Source: Pseudomonadota bacterium (GTDB lineage: Bacteria > Pseudomonadota > Gammaproteobacteria > Coxiellales > Coxiellaceae). Taken from it: a stretch of 58,023 bases of DNA. The position numbers were made by a program, and so were the translations under genes. Positions within the stretch are counted from its first letter, which is position 1; each line of letters opens with the position of its first letter. The notes below the pieces were generated by a model. It had not been told where the DNA came from, searched no databases, and saw only the letters and a program-made list of their open reading frames with translations. Below are positions 45,401 through 54,960 of the stretch, piece after piece. Where the stretch lies: contig JAFEDN010000480.1 in assembly GCA_018241585.1 (NCBI GenBank), positions 1 to 58,023 on the forward strand, given 5' to 3'.

Positions 45401-45459
45401 AATCTACTCCCCCTTTAAGAATAAATTTAGACTGCCTATACATAATTATAGACGGAATA

Positions 45460-45678
45460 TTAGCCTTCTACATCAGAGGGCGTTTCCTCAGGGTCTAGCT
45501 CAGATAGCTGGCTGGTATTATTAATGCGATGAAAAATTTCTTCACGGTGAACGGAAATATGGCGCGGGGCGTCTATTCCGATACGGACTTGATTGCCTCT
45601 GACTTCCAATACATGAAGCCGGACTTCACCATTACCAATAATCAGGCGTTCGCCTGTAGCACGTGTTAGAACAAGCAT
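45460..45678 (-). CDS. csrA: carbon storage regulator CsrA
   Basis: Trimmed to ATG 45678 (GGAGGA SD). [48 protein letters not shown]. Confidence 0.92.
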   Translation of the reverse strand: MLVLTRATGERLIIGNGEVRLHVLEVRGNQVRIGIDAPRHISVHREEIFHRINNTSQLSELDPEETPSDVEG

Positions 45679-45819
45679 GTTATTTTCCTCCATTGAACGG
45701 TATATTTTTTTTTCCTGTTCAGCAAAGTTCATTATATCGTGTAGGAAATTATTTATCAACCAGGGTATCTTGCATAGATCTTTAAATTTTCTGCTATTTA
45801 TGATTACATTAAGCAATAT

Positions 45820-47190
45820 ATGAAAGATGATAAAATAAGGTTACTGCCTCTCACTGCCATAGTTACTGGGAATATGATGGGATCAGGGATTTTTATGTTA
45901 CCTGCTAACTTGGCGCAAATAGGCTCTATTAGTATATTAGGTTGGCTACTAACTGCCATTGGTTCTGTTTTACTCGCCTTGGTTTTTTCAGGGCTGGGTC
46001 TATTAGCTCCTAAACCTGGCGGGCCTTACGCTTATGTTAAAGACGGTTATGGTGACTATTTAGGGTTTCAAACCGTTTACGCCTACTGGCTAGCCGCTTG
46101 GATAGGTAACATTGCCATTGCTATTGTCAGCGTTGGCTATTTAAGTTATTTCTTTTCCTTTATGAACACCTCATGGATTAAATGCTTAGCCGCTATAGCT
46201 ATTATTTGGTTTTTTACGATTGCGAATTCCTTAGGCGCTAAGTTTGTAGGTAAAGTGCAGACTTTTACCACTGCAACGATGCTGATCCCAATATTAGGTT
46301 TTGCTTTATTCGGCTGGTTACGTTTTAATTCGGAAATTTTTAAAGGGGCCTTTAATGTCTCAGGTCAGAGTGATTGGTCAGCCCTCTCATCAGCCGCTTC
46401 CTTAACATTGTGGTCGTTTATCGGAGTGGAATCAGCCTCAGTAACCGCTGGAGAAATCGAAAATCCGCAACGAAATATTCCCTTAGCCACTTTGTTAGGG
46501 GTGATTTTGGCCGCTGGGGCCTATATATTAAGCACCATTGTTATTATGGGAATTGTTCCGAATGCCGATTTAGCGCATTCAGAATCTCCTTTTGCATTGG
46601 CTGCTGACTATATTTTCGGTCCTATTGGGGGAAAATTAGTCAGTATTTGCGCCATCATCGCTTGTCTTGGCAGCTTAGCGGGTTGGACTTTATTAGTCGG
46701 GCAATCGGCGAAAGCGGCTGCCGATGATAAGCTATTCCCCAAAATTTTCTCCAAGACTAACCAATACAAAGCTCCTTTCGCAGGATTGCTGTTAGTGGCA
46801 TGTTTAATGACTGTAATTTTATTGCTGACTGTAGCTCCTTCTTTGAGCAAACAGTTTGAAATAATCGGTTTAATTACCGTTTTTCTTTCTTTATTGCCCT
46901 ATTTATACTCCGCCGGATCAGCCATTATCATTGGTTACCGTATGGGACTTAAAAAAAGTCATTATACTTATTTTGCCATCATCTCGTTACTGGCTGTGAT
47001 TTACAGCATATGGACTATTTCCAGCATCGGTCAAGGGATTCTTTATTACGGTATCCTAACTTTATTATTGAGTATTCCTCTTTATATTGTTGTTTTATGG
47101 CACAGACAGCATGCCAACCTTCAAGGAAGAATTTGGACGCCAGAATCACCAGACAAGATGGATTCTGTATCTCCCAAGAACCCATATTAA
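45820..47190 (+). CDS. APA/APC-family basic amino acid antiporter (AdiC/PotE/ArcD-like); probable arginine:ornithine exchanger by context
   Basis: 456 aa, 12 TM. N-terminus [42 protein letters not shown] resembles AdiC/PotE. Next to arcABC. Confidence 0.8.
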   Translation: MKDDKIRLLPLTAIVTGNMMGSGIFMLPANLAQIGSISILGWLLTAIGSVLLALVFSGLGLLAPKPGGPYAYVKDGYGDYLGFQTVYAYWLAAWIGNIAIAIVSVGYLSYFFSFMNTSWIKCLAAIAIIWFFTIANSLGAKFVGKVQTFTTATMLIPILGFALFGWLRFNSEIFKGAFNVSGQSDWSALSSAASLTLWSFIGVESASVTAGEIENPQRNIPLATLLGVILAAGAYILSTIVIMGIVPNADLAHSESPFALAADYIFGPIGGKLVSICAIIACLGSLAGWTLLVGQSAKAAADDKLFPKIFSKTNQYKAPFAGLLLVACLMTVILLLTVAPSLSKQFEIIGLITVFLSLLPYLYSAGSAIIIGYRMGLKKSHYTYFAIISLLAVIYSIWTISSIGQGILYYGILTLLLSIPLYIVVLWHRQHANLQGRIWTPESPDKMDSVSPKNPY

Positions 47191-47239
47191 ACTGATTTGT
47201 TCACTAGCTTAGAACATGAAAAATTTTTTATGATCCACA

Positions 47240-47267
47240 TTGAAAAGAAAAAAGAATAGAGTACAAT
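47240..47267 (+). promoter_or_regulatory. putative sigma70 promoter for tae4-tai4
   Basis: TTGAAA (47240..47245), 16-nt spacer, TACAAT (47262..47267), 34 nt upstream of ATG 47301. Confidence 0.3.
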
Positions 47268-47300
47268 AGCTTGAAAATTCATAAAATCAAGGAAGAAGTT

Positions 47301-47792
47301 ATGGTTAGACCATCCTTTATCACCGCATGGGCGGCCTTCGCGGCAGTTAAACTTCCAGTTAATCAAGTAGGCAAAAAAATGGGTGGAAATGTTCAAAAAC
47401 ATATTGAATTACCTACTGGTGGCTTTGAAAATGCTTGCCCTATTAGGATGAGCTATGTGTTAAATTCTACTGGATTTCTTATTCACAAAAGCGGTTTGTA
47501 TGTAACGGTTACCGGTGGTGATAATCGCCAATATATTTACCGTGTCGGCGATATGATCAATTACCTTAATATGGTATTTGGTAAACCAGACAAAGTAGTT
47601 AAATTTCCAAAAGCAGCAGATTTCGTTAATATGAAAGGAATTATTGCAGTTAAAGGTCATGGTTGGATCAATGCTAAAGGTCATGTAACGCTTTGGGACG
47701 GAAAAAAGTGTGCGGATAGTTGTCATTTTATGTATGACCCAGATAACGGTCCTTTCATTCCGGAGGTAGCTTCAATATGGGTTTTGCATTAA
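47301..47792 (+). CDS. tae4: Tae4-family peptidoglycan amidase (T6SS amidase effector 4-like; NlpC/P60-type Cys-His)
   Basis: Trimmed to ATG 47301 (AAGGAAGA SD). Near-collinear by memory with Salmonella/Enterobacter Tae4: MVRPSFITAWAAF, GGFENACPIRMSYVLNSTGF (catalytic Cys), YIYRVGDMINYL, GIIAVKGHGWINAKGHVTLWDG (catalytic His), DPDNGPFIPEV. No signal peptide. Confidence 0.85.
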   Translation: MVRPSFITAWAAFAAVKLPVNQVGKKMGGNVQKHIELPTGGFENACPIRMSYVLNSTGFLIHKSGLYVTVTGGDNRQYIYRVGDMINYLNMVFGKPDKVVKFPKAADFVNMKGIIAVKGHGWINAKGHVTLWDGKKCADSCHFMYDPDNGPFIPEVASIWVLH

Positions 47793-48181
47793 GGCACTTG
47801 AAAAATTTTTTAGTCATAATCAGCTTAACCTTTACGGTGGTTTTTGGTCTTGCCTATGCCGATTCGAAAGATAACTCCCAAAACATGATTGAAAAATATT
47901 CCCAAAAAACCCTTCTCAAAAATTGGGCCTTAAGTGTTTGCCTGGCTGAGATTTCTAAAGATGCCAGTGAAAGAGCTGACGCCAATGCGACAGCAAGTGC
48001 TTATCTTGAATTTGGCCATCAACCGATTGAAGCATATGATCAACTAAGAAATCTAACCATTCAATTCACTCGTCGTCAATACCGTGGTTCTATTAAATCT
48101 GATTTTAATACCATGAAATGCATTGATTTATCTCATAGTAAAGAACTTGACGATTTGGCTACGAAACTAACCCAAAAATAG
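47777..48181 (+). CDS. tai4: probable Tai4-type periplasmic immunity protein
   Basis: Overlaps the tae4 3' end by 16 nt. Signal peptide (LVIISLTFTVVFGLAYA). About 105-aa predicted helical mature part (NWALSVCLAEISKD...ANATASAYLEFG), as expected for Tai4. Confidence 0.6.
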   Translation: MGFALRHLKNFLVIISLTFTVVFGLAYADSKDNSQNMIEKYSQKTLLKNWALSVCLAEISKDASERADANATASAYLEFGHQPIEAYDQLRNLTIQFTRRQYRGSIKSDFNTMKCIDLSHSKELDDLATKLTQK

Positions 48182-48212
48182 CATGCACCATTCCCATCTA
48201 TACCGCGAACGA

Positions 48213-49109
48213 TTACAATACTTGTGTACCAGCTTTTCCTTGCAATATCCATTCTGCTTCTTCGAGGGCGCCAATATAAGCGGCTTTACCACTGGCTTTT
48301 ACAAAATTGATGGCCGCTTGAACTTTTGGGCCCATGGAGCCGGGTGGAAAGTTTTCCTTTTGTAATTCTTCAATGCTGATTTTTCTTATCGGCTGCGCTT
48401 GCGGAGTGTTCCAATTGCTCATCACGGCTTTAACATCTGTTAACATCAATAAACCATCCGCTGAAAGTTGCTCGGCCAACAATGCAGCCGACAAATCTTT
48501 ATCAATAACTGCTTCTATTCCATAGTAACAACCTCCCCTTTTCACCACCGGAATTCCACCTCCCCCGCAGCAAATCACCAAAAAATCAGAGTGTATTAGA
48601 AACTGGATCGCAGTTAGCTCTAAAATGTTTTTAGGTTCAGGTGAAGCCATTACTCTGCGAAAATTACTTCCATCTTGTTTAAACTGCCATTGAGGATGGA
48701 TAGCCGCTAACTGCAATGATTGCTCCTGAGTATAAACAGGACCTATAAATTTGGCCGGGTCGCGAAAGGCAGCATCTCGTGGGTCCACTTCCACTTGTGT
48801 CAGCAAAGTGGCTATTGGCTTTTTTGGTAATTGATTGCGCATTTCCTGTTCCAGCATATAGCCAATCATCCCCTCTGATTCAGCCCCTAAAATATCAAGG
48901 GAAAAATCATCGGTCTTTGCTGCAGCAGACTGAAGAGCCAATAAACCTACTTGAGGGCCGTTGCCGTGAGTTAACACGATAGAATGGCTTTGAGCTATTT
49001 TAGCCAAATGCCGCGAAGCTTGTTCAATATTTTTTTTCTGCATGGCGATGGTTAAGGGTTCGCCGCGCTTAAGAAGCGCATTTCCACCTAAAGCAACCAC
49101 TAAATTCAT
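48213..49109 (-). CDS. arcC: carbamate kinase
   Basis: [25 protein letters not shown]. Last gene of arcA-arcB-arcC. Confidence 0.92.
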   Translation of the reverse strand: MNLVVALGGNALLKRGEPLTIAMQKKNIEQASRHLAKIAQSHSIVLTHGNGPQVGLLALQSAAAKTDDFSLDILGAESEGMIGYMLEQEMRNQLPKKPIATLLTQVEVDPRDAAFRDPAKFIGPVYTQEQSLQLAAIHPQWQFKQDGSNFRRVMASPEPKNILELTAIQFLIHSDFLVICCGGGGIPVVKRGGCYYGIEAVIDKDLSAALLAEQLSADGLLMLTDVKAVMSNWNTPQAQPIRKISIEELQKENFPPGSMGPKVQAAINFVKASGKAAYIGALEEAEWILQGKAGTQVL

Positions 49110-50101
49110 AAAGTCGCTACTAAAACGGCTTTGATCGTGTGCAACCGATTTTCTGCTTGATCAAAAACGATAGAATGATCAGATTCAAATACTTCTTCAG
49201 TGACTTCCAAACCGTCCAAACCAAATTGCTGAAACATTTTTTCCCCAATTTGAGTTTCTCGATTATGATAAGCAGGCAGGCAATGCATAAACTTTACATA
49301 AGGATTTTGGGTCATTGCCAATACCTGTCGATTGACCTGGTATTTTTTTAGCAACTCAATCCGCTCCTTCCAAATAGATTCCGGCTCACCCATCGAAACC
49401 CATACATCGGTATATAGAAAATCGACATCTTGTACGGCTGTGGCAATGTCTTCAGTCAATAATAATTTTGCTTCCGTTTGTCCGGCAGTCTGCCGACAAC
49501 GTTCAATCAGTTCTTCCCTTGGACGACAGCTTAAAGGCGCCGCCATTCTAAAATCCATACCCATTTTAGCAGCGCCCACTAATAAAGAATTCCCCATGTT
49601 GAAATGGCCATCTCCCAAATAACAAATTTTGATATCTTTTAGGGGTTTTTGACAATGCTCCTGCATAGTTAATAAATCAGCAAGAATTTGTGTAGGATGA
49701 TATTCCGTGGTCAAACCATTCCAAATCGGAACTCCAGCATAGGCCGCAAATTGATCCACGTTTTTTTGATCAAATCCTCGATACTCAATACCATCGTACA
49801 TTCTACCAAGCACTCTAGCAGTGTCTTTCATACTCTCTTTAACACCGATTTGAGACCCTGTTGGGCCTATATATGTCACATTGGCTCCTTGATCATAAGC
49901 GGCCACTTCGAAAGCGCATCTGGTACGTGTAGAGGTTTTTTCAAAAATTAAAGCAATATTTTTTCCTTTTAAGCGCTGTTGTTCGGTCCCAGCGTATTTT
50001 GCTCTTTTCAAATCCCTGGCCAAATCTAGTAAATAGTTAATTTCTTGAGGTGAAAAATGTTCTAGCGTTAAAAAATTTCTATTCTTTAAATTGAAAGCCA
50101 T
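49106..50101 (-). CDS. arcB: ornithine carbamoyltransferase, catabolic type
   Basis: N-terminal ~110 aa are almost collinear with P. aeruginosa ArcB ([11 protein letters not shown]...[26 protein letters not shown]). HCLPA motif. Confidence 0.92.
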   Translation of the reverse strand: MAFNLKNRNFLTLEHFSPQEINYLLDLARDLKRAKYAGTEQQRLKGKNIALIFEKTSTRTRCAFEVAAYDQGANVTYIGPTGSQIGVKESMKDTARVLGRMYDGIEYRGFDQKNVDQFAAYAGVPIWNGLTTEYHPTQILADLLTMQEHCQKPLKDIKICYLGDGHFNMGNSLLVGAAKMGMDFRMAAPLSCRPREELIERCRQTAGQTEAKLLLTEDIATAVQDVDFLYTDVWVSMGEPESIWKERIELLKKYQVNRQVLAMTQNPYVKFMHCLPAYHNRETQIGEKMFQQFGLDGLEVTEEVFESDHSIVFDQAENRLHTIKAVLVATL

Positions 50102-50110
50102 ACTTTCCTC

Positions 50111-51322
50111 TTAAGACCTTTCTATTGGACAACTCATACAACGCGCTCCTCCACGGCCTCTGCCTAATTCATACCCTGGAATGGTAATCACTTCTATCCC
50201 TTCTTTTCGCAATTTTGTATTGGTAAAAACGTTTCGTTCATATCCAATGACCACCCCTGGCGCAACGGCCAACACATTATTGCCATCATCCCACTGTTCA
50301 CGCTCGGCTTCGTACTTGTCACCTCCTGTGGTAATCAACCTGAGGTCCTTTACTTTTATTGCGCGAGCGATGGTAGAAAAGAGGTCTTTTTGCCTTTCAA
50401 CCATTATTTGGCCGGCATCGTTGATTATCAGTCTCCATGTGGCCGCTTTTTCTAAGATATTGGGATAAATACAGAAAGCATCTCGGTCCACCATCGTTAA
50501 CAGAGTATCTAAATGCATACATGAACGATGTTTTGGCAACTTCAAAGCAATAATTTGATTGATGCTATCCGTTGGTAAAATTTCTTTAGCGATCATTTCC
50601 ACGGCTTGCGGTGTAGTTCTTTCTCCCATACCAATTAGCACGGCGCCATTACCGATAATTAAAACATCCCCACCTTCAATCGTGGCTGAACCATAATCAC
50701 GTTCTGGTTCGCCGTAGCATATTTTTATTTTTGCTTGTTTGAACATAGGGTGAAATTTATAAATTGCCTTCATGTTTAAAGTTTCAGGTTGCCGAGCTTT
50801 TTTAGCCATCGGATTGATTGAAACGCCTCCATAAATCCAGCAAGAAGTGTCTCTAGTAAATAAATGATTGGGTAGAGGAGGCAGCAAAAACTCGTCATCT
50901 GCAAGGTAAGCAAATACAAAACTTTTAAATTCCTTAGGAATTTCCTTTTTATTGAGCCCGCCTAATAAATGAAGACAAAGTTTTGCCGGGGTTAATTCGT
51001 TTAAATACGCAGTTAATTCCGCCGCTAATGAACTGCCATATAAATATTCGTTAATATGATGTGCAATCACCCATTGCTTAGCTTCGGCATTAGCTAATAC
51101 TTCCTCTAAAAGTTCTTCTAATAAAAAAACCTGAACGTTTCGTTCTCTTAAAGTATCTGCAAAGATATCATGTTCGATTCTGGCTCTTTTAACCCAAAGG
51201 ACATCGTCAAACAATAATTTGTGACAATTAGAAGGTGTGAGTCTTTTTAAACTCAAATCTGGACGATGTAAAATCACTTTCTTTAGAACGCCAACCTCTG
51301 AACCTACGTAAAATTGCTGCAT
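50111..51322 (-). CDS. arcA: arginine deiminase
   Basis: 403 aa. FTRDTS, catalytic C-terminal GGARCMSCP. Confidence 0.92.
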   Translation of the reverse strand: MQQFYVGSEVGVLKKVILHRPDLSLKRLTPSNCHKLLFDDVLWVKRARIEHDIFADTLRERNVQVFLLEELLEEVLANAEAKQWVIAHHINEYLYGSSLAAELTAYLNELTPAKLCLHLLGGLNKKEIPKEFKSFVFAYLADDEFLLPPLPNHLFTRDTSCWIYGGVSINPMAKKARQPETLNMKAIYKFHPMFKQAKIKICYGEPERDYGSATIEGGDVLIIGNGAVLIGMGERTTPQAVEMIAKEILPTDSINQIIALKLPKHRSCMHLDTLLTMVDRDAFCIYPNILEKAATWRLIINDAGQIMVERQKDLFSTIARAIKVKDLRLITTGGDKYEAEREQWDDGNNVLAVAPGVVIGYERNVFTNTKLRKEGIEVITIPGYELGRGRGGARCMSCPIERS

Positions 51323-51371
51323 ACTTATCTCTATATAATTTTTTGCTTGAAATATTGGTCATGTACTGAGG

Positions 51372-52040
51372 TCATTTCGGCGAAGTCAGTTTCTCTACAC
51401 CTTCGCTTGTTCCCATATAGATACAATCCGCACCTCGATGAGCAAAAATTCCATTAGCCACTACTCCAACGATGTTATTTAAAGCGGTCTCAACTGCGAT
51501 CGGTTCGGAAATATCTAAATTATGGATGTATAAGATAACGTTGCCATTATCTGTTTTAAAACCCTCACGATAAACCGGGTCAGCCCCCATTTTAACTATT
51601 TGGCGCGCAACATAACTCCTTGCCATTGGAATAACTTCAATAGGAACTGGGAAATTGCCTAATTTTTTTACTTTTTTTGCAGAATCCACAATACATAAAA
51701 AATTCTCCGACGAAGCAGCAATAATTTTTTCACGTGTTAATGCCCCGCCGCCGCCCTTTATTAAAGAAAAAAATTCATTAAACTCATCAGCTCCATCTAC
51801 GTACAACGACAGGCTACCAACTTCATTTAAATCATAAATGGCAATACCCTGTTGACGTAATAATCGTTCCGTTTGTGTTGAACTTGCCACAGCACCATCG
51901 ATTTTGCTTTTAATCTTGCCCAACCCTTCTATAAAATAATTAACAGTCGAACCTGTCCCCACCCCAATGATGCTGCCAACTTCAACTTTTTCTAAAGCCG
52001 CCAACGCTGCCGCTTGTTTCATTGCTTCATTGGATTTCAT
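51372..52040 (-). CDS. rpiA: ribose-5-phosphate isomerase A
   Basis: [27 protein letters not shown]. Confidence 0.92.
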   Translation of the reverse strand: MKSNEAMKQAAALAALEKVEVGSIIGVGTGSTVNYFIEGLGKIKSKIDGAVASSTQTERLLRQQGIAIYDLNEVGSLSLYVDGADEFNEFFSLIKGGGGALTREKIIAASSENFLCIVDSAKKVKKLGNFPVPIEVIPMARSYVARQIVKMGADPVYREGFKTDNGNVILYIHNLDISEPIAVETALNNIVGVVANGIFAHRGADCIYMGTSEGVEKLTSPK

Positions 52041-52061
52041 AAAGATTCCTTAAATGTTTTC

Positions 52062-52216
52062 CAGCAGCCACCACTGAAGCGGAAGCTACTTCCTAATTTA
52101 TCAACCCTGGCAAAGCCAGGTTCTCAGTAATAAAGGGGAAAGTGCACTACTGCTCTTTCCCTACCTCTTGCGATCTCCCACATACAAAGTGAGATTCCCT
52201 TCGGCGGGAACTCCTG
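52062..52216 (-). mobile_element. MITE copy E (decayed, 155 bp)
   Basis: TIR CAGCAGCCACCACTGAAGC (52062..52080) and degenerate partner CCTTCGGCGGGAACTCCTG (52198..52216). Internal core and hairpin-2 modules lie on the minus strand. The 9-bp flanks are AATGTTTTC and AATTTTTTA (7/9). Confidence 0.7.
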
Positions 52217-52249
52217 AATTTTTTATAATTTACTATTGTAGCAATTTCA

Positions 52250-52283
52250 ACTCCCCCTTGCGATCCCTTGCCAGGATAGGTAT
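52250..52283 (-). repeat. solo core fragment of the repeat family
   Basis: Minus strand reads ACCTATCCTGGCAAGGGATCGCAAGGGGGAG, matching ACCTATCCCGATGAGGGATCGCAAGGGAGAG of copies B/F. Ends 9 nt before the ftsY start. Confidence 0.7.
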
Positions 52284-52292
52284 TCTCAACAC

Positions 52293-53252
52293 GTGTTTAA
52301 TTTTTTAAAAAAAAACGAAGAATCTAATGCGCCTGCCAAGCAAGGATGGCTGTCTCGTTTAAATGCGGGTTTGAAAAAGACTCGCAAAGTCTTTACAGAT
52401 AGTCTGGCGAATTTGATTTTAGGAAAAAAACAAATTGATGCTCAGTTGCTGCGCGACTTGGAAACTCAATTGTTGCTGGCAGATGTAGGGGTTGAAGTCA
52501 CTGAGCACATTTTAAAACAATTGACTGAGCAAGTTGCACGAAACGAACTGAATGATCCTCAAAAGCTAATCGAGTCTTTAAAAAAACAGTTAACAAGGCA
52601 GCTTATCCCCTATGAACAACCCTTGCAGCCCACGGAGCAGCCTTTCGTGATTCTTATGGTTGGTATTAACGGTTCTGGTAAAACCACCAGCGCCGCAAAA
52701 ATCTGTCATTTTTATCAACAACAAGGCAAGCGAGTTATGCTTGCTGCGGGGGATACTTTCCGAGCAGCCGCTATTGAGCAGTTGCAAATTTGGGGGGAAC
52801 GTAATCAAGTTCCTGTCATCGCGCAGCATCAGGGCGCTGACAGCGCTTCGGTGATTTATGATGCCATGCAAGCCGCGCAAGCTAAAAAATTTGACCTGTT
52901 AATCGCAGATACCGCCGGCCGTTTACATACGCAAGAGCCGTTAATGGCTGAACTAGCAAAAATCAAGAGAGTAATGAGTAAACTCGATCCAAAAGCGCCT
53001 CACGAGGTGTTATTGGTAATCGATGCCGGTATCGGACAAAATGCGCTGCGCCAAGCCGAACAATTTCATCAGTCTTTAGGGTTAACAGGGTTATGCCTTA
53101 CTAAGCTAGATGGCACCGCAAAAGGAGGTATGTTGTTTTCGATCAGCAACAAAATGAAGCTACCAATTCGTTTTATTGGAATCGGCGAACAAGTAGATGA
53201 TTTAAAACCCTTCCAAGCCAACGAATTTATAGAAGCTTTATTTGGCCAATAA
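52293..53252 (+). CDS. ftsY: signal recognition particle receptor FtsY (short, NG-domain only)
   Basis: GINGSGKTTS, DTAGR, TKLDGTAKGG. GTG start. Confidence 0.92.
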   Translation: MFNFLKKNEESNAPAKQGWLSRLNAGLKKTRKVFTDSLANLILGKKQIDAQLLRDLETQLLLADVGVEVTEHILKQLTEQVARNELNDPQKLIESLKKQLTRQLIPYEQPLQPTEQPFVILMVGINGSGKTTSAAKICHFYQQQGKRVMLAAGDTFRAAAIEQLQIWGERNQVPVIAQHQGADSASVIYDAMQAAQAKKFDLLIADTAGRLHTQEPLMAELAKIKRVMSKLDPKAPHEVLLVIDAGIGQNALRQAEQFHQSLGLTGLCLTKLDGTAKGGMLFSISNKMKLPIRFIGIGEQVDDLKPFQANEFIEALFGQ

Positions 53253-53293
53253 ATCAATAAAAAATAATTTCCGTAGAAATCCTATCTCTTCAT

Positions 53294-54016
53294 TCAAATG
53301 TTAACAACGAAAGACAAGCCCAAGTTTATTTCATTGCTGTAAACTTTTAACCGCGAAGTTTCAGAACAGTCTCCATTATCAAAGGTATCGGTAAACTGAA
53401 AGTCTGGAAATTTGGTAAAAACGTACTCAATACGGCCCATGAAATATCTTCCTAATCCTAAGTTGTAACCTAAGCCTAGACGATAGCCATTTTTACGAAC
53501 ATAGCCGCTATCTTGAATGAGCTCGCCATCGTCTGTTACTTGAGTTGCACGAAAACGAGGTAAATTGAGGCCGACAATACCGTACAACATGGTATTTTTA
53601 TCTGTTAACACATAACCTGGACGAAAATCGACTAGGAAAATATCACTCATAGTCACTTGGTTAGTCAAATGCTCTTCCGTGATCAAATCGCTACCATTAC
53701 TTTGTGCTTCCCGCCGGCCAAACTCCATGCCGCCTTCGACTCCCAAATAGAATTTTTTGAGTAGTACACCATAACCGGTAAAAAGACCTAGCTGGGTATT
53801 GCTGGTGCTACCATCGAGCAAGGTTTCACCTGCTCCTGGTAAATCATTTTGATCTTGATCTGAAACGTTAACAATCTGCCAATTTAAATTGGTGACCGAA
53901 AAAGTCGGCATAATACCAAAATAAACGTACTGTCCAGTAGCCCAAGAACATGTACTCCAAGCAGTTAGAATGATTCCCAGTGCAAAATTTAAATTTTTTT
54001 TCTTTATGTTAAACAT
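53294..54016 (-). CDS. outer-membrane beta-barrel protein (paralogue-like of 3861..4601)
   Basis: Signal peptide ending SWA. Alternating beta-strand pattern (GLFTGYGV, YLGVEGGMEFG, GYRLGLGYNLGLG). Confidence 0.6.
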   Translation of the reverse strand: MFNIKKKNLNFALGIILTAWSTCSWATGQYVYFGIMPTFSVTNLNWQIVNVSDQDQNDLPGAGETLLDGSTSNTQLGLFTGYGVLLKKFYLGVEGGMEFGRREAQSNGSDLITEEHLTNQVTMSDIFLVDFRPGYVLTDKNTMLYGIVGLNLPRFRATQVTDDGELIQDSGYVRKNGYRLGLGYNLGLGRYFMGRIEYVFTKFPDFQFTDTFDNGDCSETSRLKVYSNEINLGLSFVVNI

Positions 54017-54027
54017 CGGTTAAACCT

Positions 54028-54245
54028 CAGCAGTCCCCACTGAAGCAAAAATTAGCTATCAGCTCAAGAAATATAGAAAGGACTATTTTTCAATATAAAT
54101 ATTTTTCGTAGAAAAACCTATCCTGATGAGGGTTCGCAAGGGAGAGGAGAGCGGTAGCGATCTTTCCCTTGATTACTGAGTTCCGGCTTTGCCGGAGCTC
54201 AGTATCCAAACCAGGAAGCAGCTCTCGCTTCAGCGGGAGCTGCTG
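54028..54245 (+). mobile_element. MITE copy F (218 bp)
   Basis: TIRs CAGCAGTCCCCACTGAAGC (54028..54046) and GCTTCAGCGGGAGCTGCTG (54227..54245). Perfect 9-bp direct repeat GTTAAACCT (54019..54027 and 54246..54254). The right ~130 bp are nearly identical to copy B. Confidence 0.9.
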
Positions 54246-54262
54246 GTTAAACCTTAATTTCC

Positions 54263-54291
54263 CTGACATGTTGCGCATCTTATCTTATAAT
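54263..54291 (+). promoter_or_regulatory. putative sigma70 promoter placing the TSS at or next to the ftsE ATG
   Basis: CTGACA (54263..54268), 17-nt spacer, TATAAT (54286..54291). ATG at 54298 with no SD in between. Confidence 0.3.
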
Positions 54292-54297
54292 CATCGA

Positions 54298-54960
54298 ATG
54301 ATCCAATTTAATAACGTCAGTAAAATTTATGGTAACGGTCACACCGCGCTAAATAATATCAGTTTTGAACTGCGAAAAGGTCAAATGGCTTTTCTCATAG
54401 GACATTCCGGTGCAGGAAAGACCAGCTTACTGAAATTGATTATCCGGATGGAGCGGCCCAGCAGGGGCCAAATCTTCTTAAATGATAAAAATCTTGATAA
54501 ATTGAGCGATCGGCAAATACCCTATCTTCGCAGGAAAATAGGCGTAATTTTTCAATCTCCGCTCCTGTTGAATAATCGCACTGTGTTTGAAAACGTGGCA
54601 CTTCCTTTGCAGGTCAGTGGTTATTCCTTTCAGGAAAGCCAAAGAAGAGCACGGGCCGCCTTGGAAAAAGTGGGTTTGTTGTCAAAAGAAAAATGTATGC
54701 CCTTGGCATTATCAACCGGAGAACAACATCGTGTTAGTATCGCTCGAGCTGTGGTCAATAAGCCGGAAATATTACTGGCCGACGAACCCACCGGAAATTT
54801 AGACCCACAACTTTCTGTGGAAATTATGCGTTTATTTGAAGCATTCAATCAGGCCGGGGTAACGGTGCTAATTGCTACTCATGATCTAGCTGTGGTTTCT
54901 TTGCTGAAACACTCCGTATTACAATTACAAAATGGCTCATTGGTAGGGAAAAATGGCTAA
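54298..54960 (+). CDS. ftsE: cell-division ABC ATPase FtsE
   Basis: Trimmed to ATG 54298 (MIQFNNVSKIYGNGHTAL, matching the E. coli FtsE N-terminus). The track's upstream extension reads through MITE F. Walker A GHSGAGKTS, signature LSTGEQ, Walker B ILLADEPTG. Confidence 0.92.
   Translation: MIQFNNVSKIYGNGHTALNNISFELRKGQMAFLIGHSGAGKTSLLKLIIRMERPSRGQIFLNDKNLDKLSDRQIPYLRRKIGVIFQSPLLLNNRTVFENVALPLQVSGYSFQESQRRARAALEKVGLLSKEKCMPLALSTGEQHRVSIARAVVNKPEILLADEPTGNLDPQLSVEIMRLFEAFNQAGVTVLIATHDLAVVSLLKHSVLQLQNGSLVGKNG

Noticed and set aside
47191-48212. A search for T6SS structural or adaptor genes (hcp, vgrG, PAAR, DUF4123/DUF1795) next to tae4-tai4
   Set aside because: None was found. The flanks are the arginine antiporter and arcC, so no T6SS locus is called here.
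51323-51371. TTGAAATATTGGTCA upstream of arcA as a possible FNR/ANR box
   Set aside because: The second half-site does not match ATCAA, and the spacing and sequence do not fit the TTGAT-N4-ATCAA consensus.
54120-54200. A CUGAUGA motif at the start of the repeat core (copies F and H), suggesting a hammerhead ribozyme
   Set aside because: The heptamer is not conserved (CCGATGA and CGGATGA in other copies). There is no properly placed helix II followed by GAAA, and no cleavage-site triplet arrangement.
54169-54297. The N-terminal extension of the ftsE ORF, and the overlapping minus-strand ORF 54090..54278
   Set aside because: Both read through MITE F. FtsE homology begins at MIQFNNVSKIYG (54298). 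Spurious ORFs also arise over repeat copies at 7625..7807 and 14192..14383.
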